Assembly: GCA_964199315.1 (NCBI GenBank)
Contig: OZ116709.1
Coordinates: forward strand, 8,370,001 to 8,434,000
From: Orbicella franksi
Taxonomy: Eukaryota
Length of the DNA: 64,000 bases
Direction: 5' to 3'
Numbering within the stretch: the first letter of the stretch is position 1; each line of letters begins with the position of its first letter. Of this stretch, positions 60,301-64,000 are shown piece after piece. The translations under genes were made by a program, and so were the position numbers. Below the pieces are notes generated by a model, which had not been told where the DNA came from, did no database searches, and saw nothing but the letters and a program-made list of their open reading frames with translations.

Positions 60301-60642
60301 TACGGAAATGGCAGCGGCGAGGGGTCGCATCTTTCAATGTACGTTCGACTACTCCCAGGCGAGTACGACACGCTTCTAAAATGGCCTTTTGAAGGAGAGA
60401 TCACTTTGTCGCTTTTGGATCAAAGTAGAGACCCGATCAGGGGCCAACGAAATATAAGCCAATCATTTAGCCCGGACCCAAACTGGAAGAGTTTTCAGAG
60501 GCCCAGTAAAAATGGCTCCACGCTTGGATTTGGTTACCCACAATTCGTGTCGCACCGAGGCTTGGAATCCACGAACTATGTAAAGGACAACTGCTTGTTC
60601 ATCAAAGCAACAATAGACTGCAAATATTCCGCTGATTTTTAA
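51384..60642 (+). CDS. TRAF4: TRAF4-like protein (TRAF-C): RING, extended zinc-finger array with a low-complexity insert, coiled coil, TRAF4-type MATH domain; about 622 aa
   Basis: Exons 51384-51535 (MPGYRAFF...LLCRICHLPVRNAVQVSVCGHRFCDSCL; compare TRAF4 MPGF...PVQVSTCGHRFCDTCL), 54992-55046 (RCPVD), 56533-56637, 57391-57552, 57789-57965, 58377-58820, 59090-59167, 59612-59689, 60025-60642 (GNGSGEGSHLS, PDPNWKSFQRP, LGFGYPQFVSH, all TRAF4-type). The total of 1869 nt is an open frame. Orthology to TRAF4 is inferred from motifs. Confidence 0.9.
56208..56448 (+). mobile_element. Kolobok-like MITE, copy in TRAF-C intron 2
   Basis: tcaa|aggagcca ... tgagctcct|ttga; homologous to 43415-43642. Confidence 0.8.
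56820..57067 (-). mobile_element. tRNA-derived SINE, older degenerate copy 3
   Basis: The reverse complement reads gaggtgtggtgacttaatgcttagcgcgctggactcc...ttgtgttcttgg...catccaggggggattagaaatactcctagtc. Confidence 0.8.
58184..58357. mobile_element. Tc1/mariner-type MITE just upstream of TRAF-C exon 6
   Basis: Inverted termini tagttgaagcccgttatttcgaact / agttcgaattagcggggtccaatg, TA-flanked, with internal ttcgaaata repeats. Confidence 0.7.
59289..59450. mobile_element. Palindromic MITE (AATAGGCC start)
   Basis: cgtattctcggtattggactggaactagcttgca is mirrored by tgcaagctagttccagtccaatacagagaatacg. Confidence 0.8.
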
Positions 60643-60672
60643 TATTAACATCTAATATTAATATTAACGCTG

Positions 60673-60747
60673 AAATTCTTAATGGATAAATTCTTATTGC
60701 ATATATTCTTATTGGATATGATCGTATTGCATAAATTCTTATTCTAG
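60673..60747 (+). repeat. 15-bp minisatellite x5 in the TRAF-C 3' UTR
   Basis: aaattcttaatggat / aaattcttattgcat / atattcttattggat / atgatcgtattgcat / aaattcttattctag. Confidence 0.8.
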
Positions 60748-61384
60748 GACGGACGAACTTAAATATGACATGAAAATATTGAAAATTCTAGGTTGCGACA
60801 CTGTTTTCTTTTAGTATGCTTTTAATCGAGGAGTATATAATTATAATAATCTGTTTGTATCGTTCAGAGGTATAAACTTTTATCACAGGACTTATTTTGT
60901 GTACAAACCCAGACTCACGCTTGCGCTTGCCAAAATATCAGACAAGAAATTTTTAAACATAGCAAATTTTTAAGCATATTTCCGGCTCGTTTTTAAGATG
61001 AATGTTTATCACGGAATTGAACCAACTATAGTCAAGGAACGAGTGCCCTGTTTGGCAGATCCCTAATAAGATAAAAAAAGACCCTTAATATCTTTTATTA
61101 CAATATTGACAAATTTAGCAGTCGCGTGAACACTGGAGAGTGCGGTTTAAAAAGATGTCAACTCGGACAAAACCGCTGTTTAGGATAAATGTTGATCCGA
61201 AATGGATCCATTTGCTAGCGGCTAGCTATATTATTAGTTAGAAAAAAAAACTGTTTTAGAATCGCTGTAAACAGAGATCACTGAATTTGCAACAGCACCA
61301 AGTTGAAATTAAGATTGCTGTGAAGTGCTTTTTAATGTTCTGTTGAATTTGAATTTATGCTGCTGCTAAAAATGTGCTTAGTCG

Positions 61385-61523
61385 AGTGGCGGATACAGAG
61401 ATGCTAAAAAATGGGAGGACGAGGTGAATTTCTTCGAAGAAGGTAGGGAAAGGGGGAAGAAGTGGGGGGATTTCTTGGGTTAAAACGAGGAGTTCCGGTG
61501 TCCCCTAGATCCGATCCGCCACT
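61385..61523. mobile_element. Short MITE-like element
   Basis: Inverted termini agtggcggat ... atccgccact; no clear TSD. Confidence 0.5.
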
Positions 61524-63869
61524 GACTTATTGCACGTTTTGAGCGAAAGCGTTGAACTATACATGTACTGTACCGCTGATTGCCATTCTAGTCAGTTCAG
61601 TAACAAGAAATTTTTAGTACATCAACACAATATGGCCACGTCGGTAATTTTCTTTATTCTCTTCACTTTCTTTATTGTCTATCTACCCCGATATTCCAAG
61701 GAGAAACTGGGTTTCGATTGATCAAAGGTAAAGTTCAACGTGTCAACGTTTTAGAATTTTTTTCTCAGTTTAACATTTACTCTACATGATATTCTATTTC
61801 ACTCTCTCTCTCTCTAAATGGTTTTACAGATACTACGCTTTTCTTGATCAAAAAGATTTAATAATTTAATGTAGAATTTGGACACTGCTATGCGGGTAAA
61901 CTACGATGTCCGAGATGTTGGATTTATACGAATAAAAACGTTTATTGAACCTTTGACGGCTTGCTAGTTTGGTGATCAACTCAGAGAAAGAGCAACGATT
62001 TCACCAGATCAAATCACGGTCATTTAGCACACGTTCCCATTGAAGGGACGAGTGGTTCACGTAAGGAATCGAAAACGCAGTTAAAACTTACTTCAAATTT
62101 CATCTTCACATTGGACTTGTAGCCAGTCTCTTTTTACGGGTCAGATTGGATTGTTTCAAAGTGAAAGCGGTCTGGATCGACCCTTCCCATGACACTCCGC
62201 GCGCCTTAAATCACCATAGTAAGTATCCAATCTTCTCTTCCCCCAAAACACGTAAATAGCGACTGAGTACAAGTCTGTCTCCACTTCTCATTTGATTATA
62301 AAATTGAAAGGTAGCAGCCCCTTTATATTTCCATTCAGCTTGAGGTACGAGAGTGAGGGTAAACTTGAAAAAAAAAAAAAAAAACAATAGGCACATAGTT
62401 CATTAAGGTAACATATCTTCATTTACGTTACGGAGCACTGGAATTACTGGAAGTTCCGGCTACATTCCAAGTTCTAAACTACACTAATTCCGACCTCTTT
62501 TTCACTCGTTGAATAGGGGATGGTATATCCATGAGGGTGGGAGGTCGGGAGCTTCCGTTTGTCCCTTTCGTGCCACAATCGGGAAACGAATTTCTTCCGA
62601 TAATAAACGAATTAACCAGCAAATAGGCATATCATACATAGATCAACTTTATTTGAGTGTCTAAAATAATTAGCTTTTAAAGCCAATAGTGAACACTTAA
62701 ATAAATAATTGTACAGTTTCATGCTGAAAAGAACGCAATGGTTGAGACATCTGAAGTGTGTGCATCAATGGCGAAGCCTTGTGACAAAGGATTTCGAACG
62801 GTTCATATGAACACTTTTTCATTATTAAATGCCCGGTTGAATCATAACACGAGCTAACATTCAAACGGTAAACAACGCTTTCTAACACCCCTTGGAGAAC
62901 ATCGAACCTTTAATTCACATTGCCTTGATCTTTTCTCATTTAAATAATATGGTATTCCCCTGAGCATTTAGTATTATTTCTCTTATATGGTAATGGCTCA
63001 AACAAAGAATCGAATTCCCAAAACGTTTCAACTGGCACCACATTGCAGCAAACAAACTTGGTTGGCGTCTTTCGGTGTGCTTTATTTTCAAAGTTCTCGT
63101 AGCTGAAAAACTGTAGTTGAAGCAGAACTTGTTCTAAAGTGCTTTGGCGGTCAAGATTTTCGATGCCAGGTGTGGTGTCGCAACTATTGCCAAAAGCGGA
63201 ACGTATGTGTAGGTTGGTACATTTTGCTTAAGCGAAGAATGCAAACTACAACTCTCAAAAGCCATCGACGAAAGGGAGATAAGGTAAGAATAATTTTACT
63301 TTGGAATTCTTTGCTACATGTAGCACTATCAAATTATGTTCCTTTGCGAGGTAAAATTTGTCTATGTCAAATAATAGCGAACGAGCTGAAGATTCTGTCT
63401 CTCCACCCAGTCTCCCCAAATAAGCGCGCTTTTACTGAGCCGTTACTGTTTCATGTACAGTTTTCTTTAACAATTGCTGGCTAATTTTTGTTTCAAATTG
63501 CTGCCAGATTCATCAGAGGAAACGAATTCAAGATGATATTACCTGATCACAGGTATCCACATGCAATATTCATAGTAAGTGACTTTATTTCTTAAACTGT
63601 TGTTTTGGCTGTTCCACATTTCCCACTGATTATGTAAGAAACATAACCAACCTAGGGCATGCGTGGACGTAGCGCGAGGCACGCGTTTTAATGCAGCAGT
63701 CTACGTCCCCAATACTTTTCCCTTCAATGTGAAAGTAATCAATCTTTTTAGTATTAACGAGCAGGGAATGACCCATGATACAATCATATGACTGGAAGAG
63801 GTCGAAAGCATAAGCGTGGTGAACGTGGCTCCATTGACAGTCCGGGATCGTTATCAGATTTGATAACCA

Positions 63870-63895
63870 TGTGACGTCACAACATGGCGGCCATT
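63870..63895. promoter_or_regulatory. Adjacent palindromic CRE and YY1-like motif (promoter-like, or a repeat end)
   Basis: gtgacgtcac (63871-63880) is followed directly by aacatggcggcc. It could equally be part of a MITE terminus. Confidence 0.3.
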
Positions 63896-64000
63896 TCGAG
63901 AACCGGGAATTTTCGTATTCACTTCGCTTTGCTCGTTATTTGTTCGATTATACTCGGGTAATTTACCCATAATTCTATTCGATAATTACCAGAAAAGAAG

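Overview
Eukaryotic, intron-rich, AT-rich genomic DNA. The repeat families and gene content point to an anthozoan cnidarian, probably a stony coral (inference). I reconstructed five + strand protein-coding genes by hand from GT-AG boundaries and frame continuity. (1) BCKDK, 5'-truncated by the window edge (8 exons, 2189-9940). (2) A compact 3-exon, 279-aa coiled-coil gene with a CortBP2 (CTTNBP2/FILIP-family) N-terminal domain (15866-20038). (3-5) A head-to-tail cluster of three TRAF genes (RING - TRAF zinc fingers - coiled coil - MATH): two close paralogues, TRAF-A (22623-31108) and TRAF-B (34916-44805), with an atypical MATH groove, and a TRAF4-like gene, TRAF-C (51384-60642), whose zinc-finger array carries a ~100-aa disordered insert with a canonical 14-3-3 motif. 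Introns and intergenic DNA are full of mobile DNA: a 1.5-kb internally deleted AcademH-type transposon with perfect TIRs and a 9-bp TSD, a CR1-type LINE fragment interrupted by a TA-targeting MITE, a Penelope GIY-YIG remnant followed by a hammerhead-like motif, RTE 3' ends, tRNA-derived SINEs, many MITEs and hairpin elements, local tandem duplications and microsatellites. Most six-frame ORFs in the supplied track are spurious. There is no CRISPR array, rRNA or convincing functional tRNA. I ran no searches; family assignments rest on recognised motifs.
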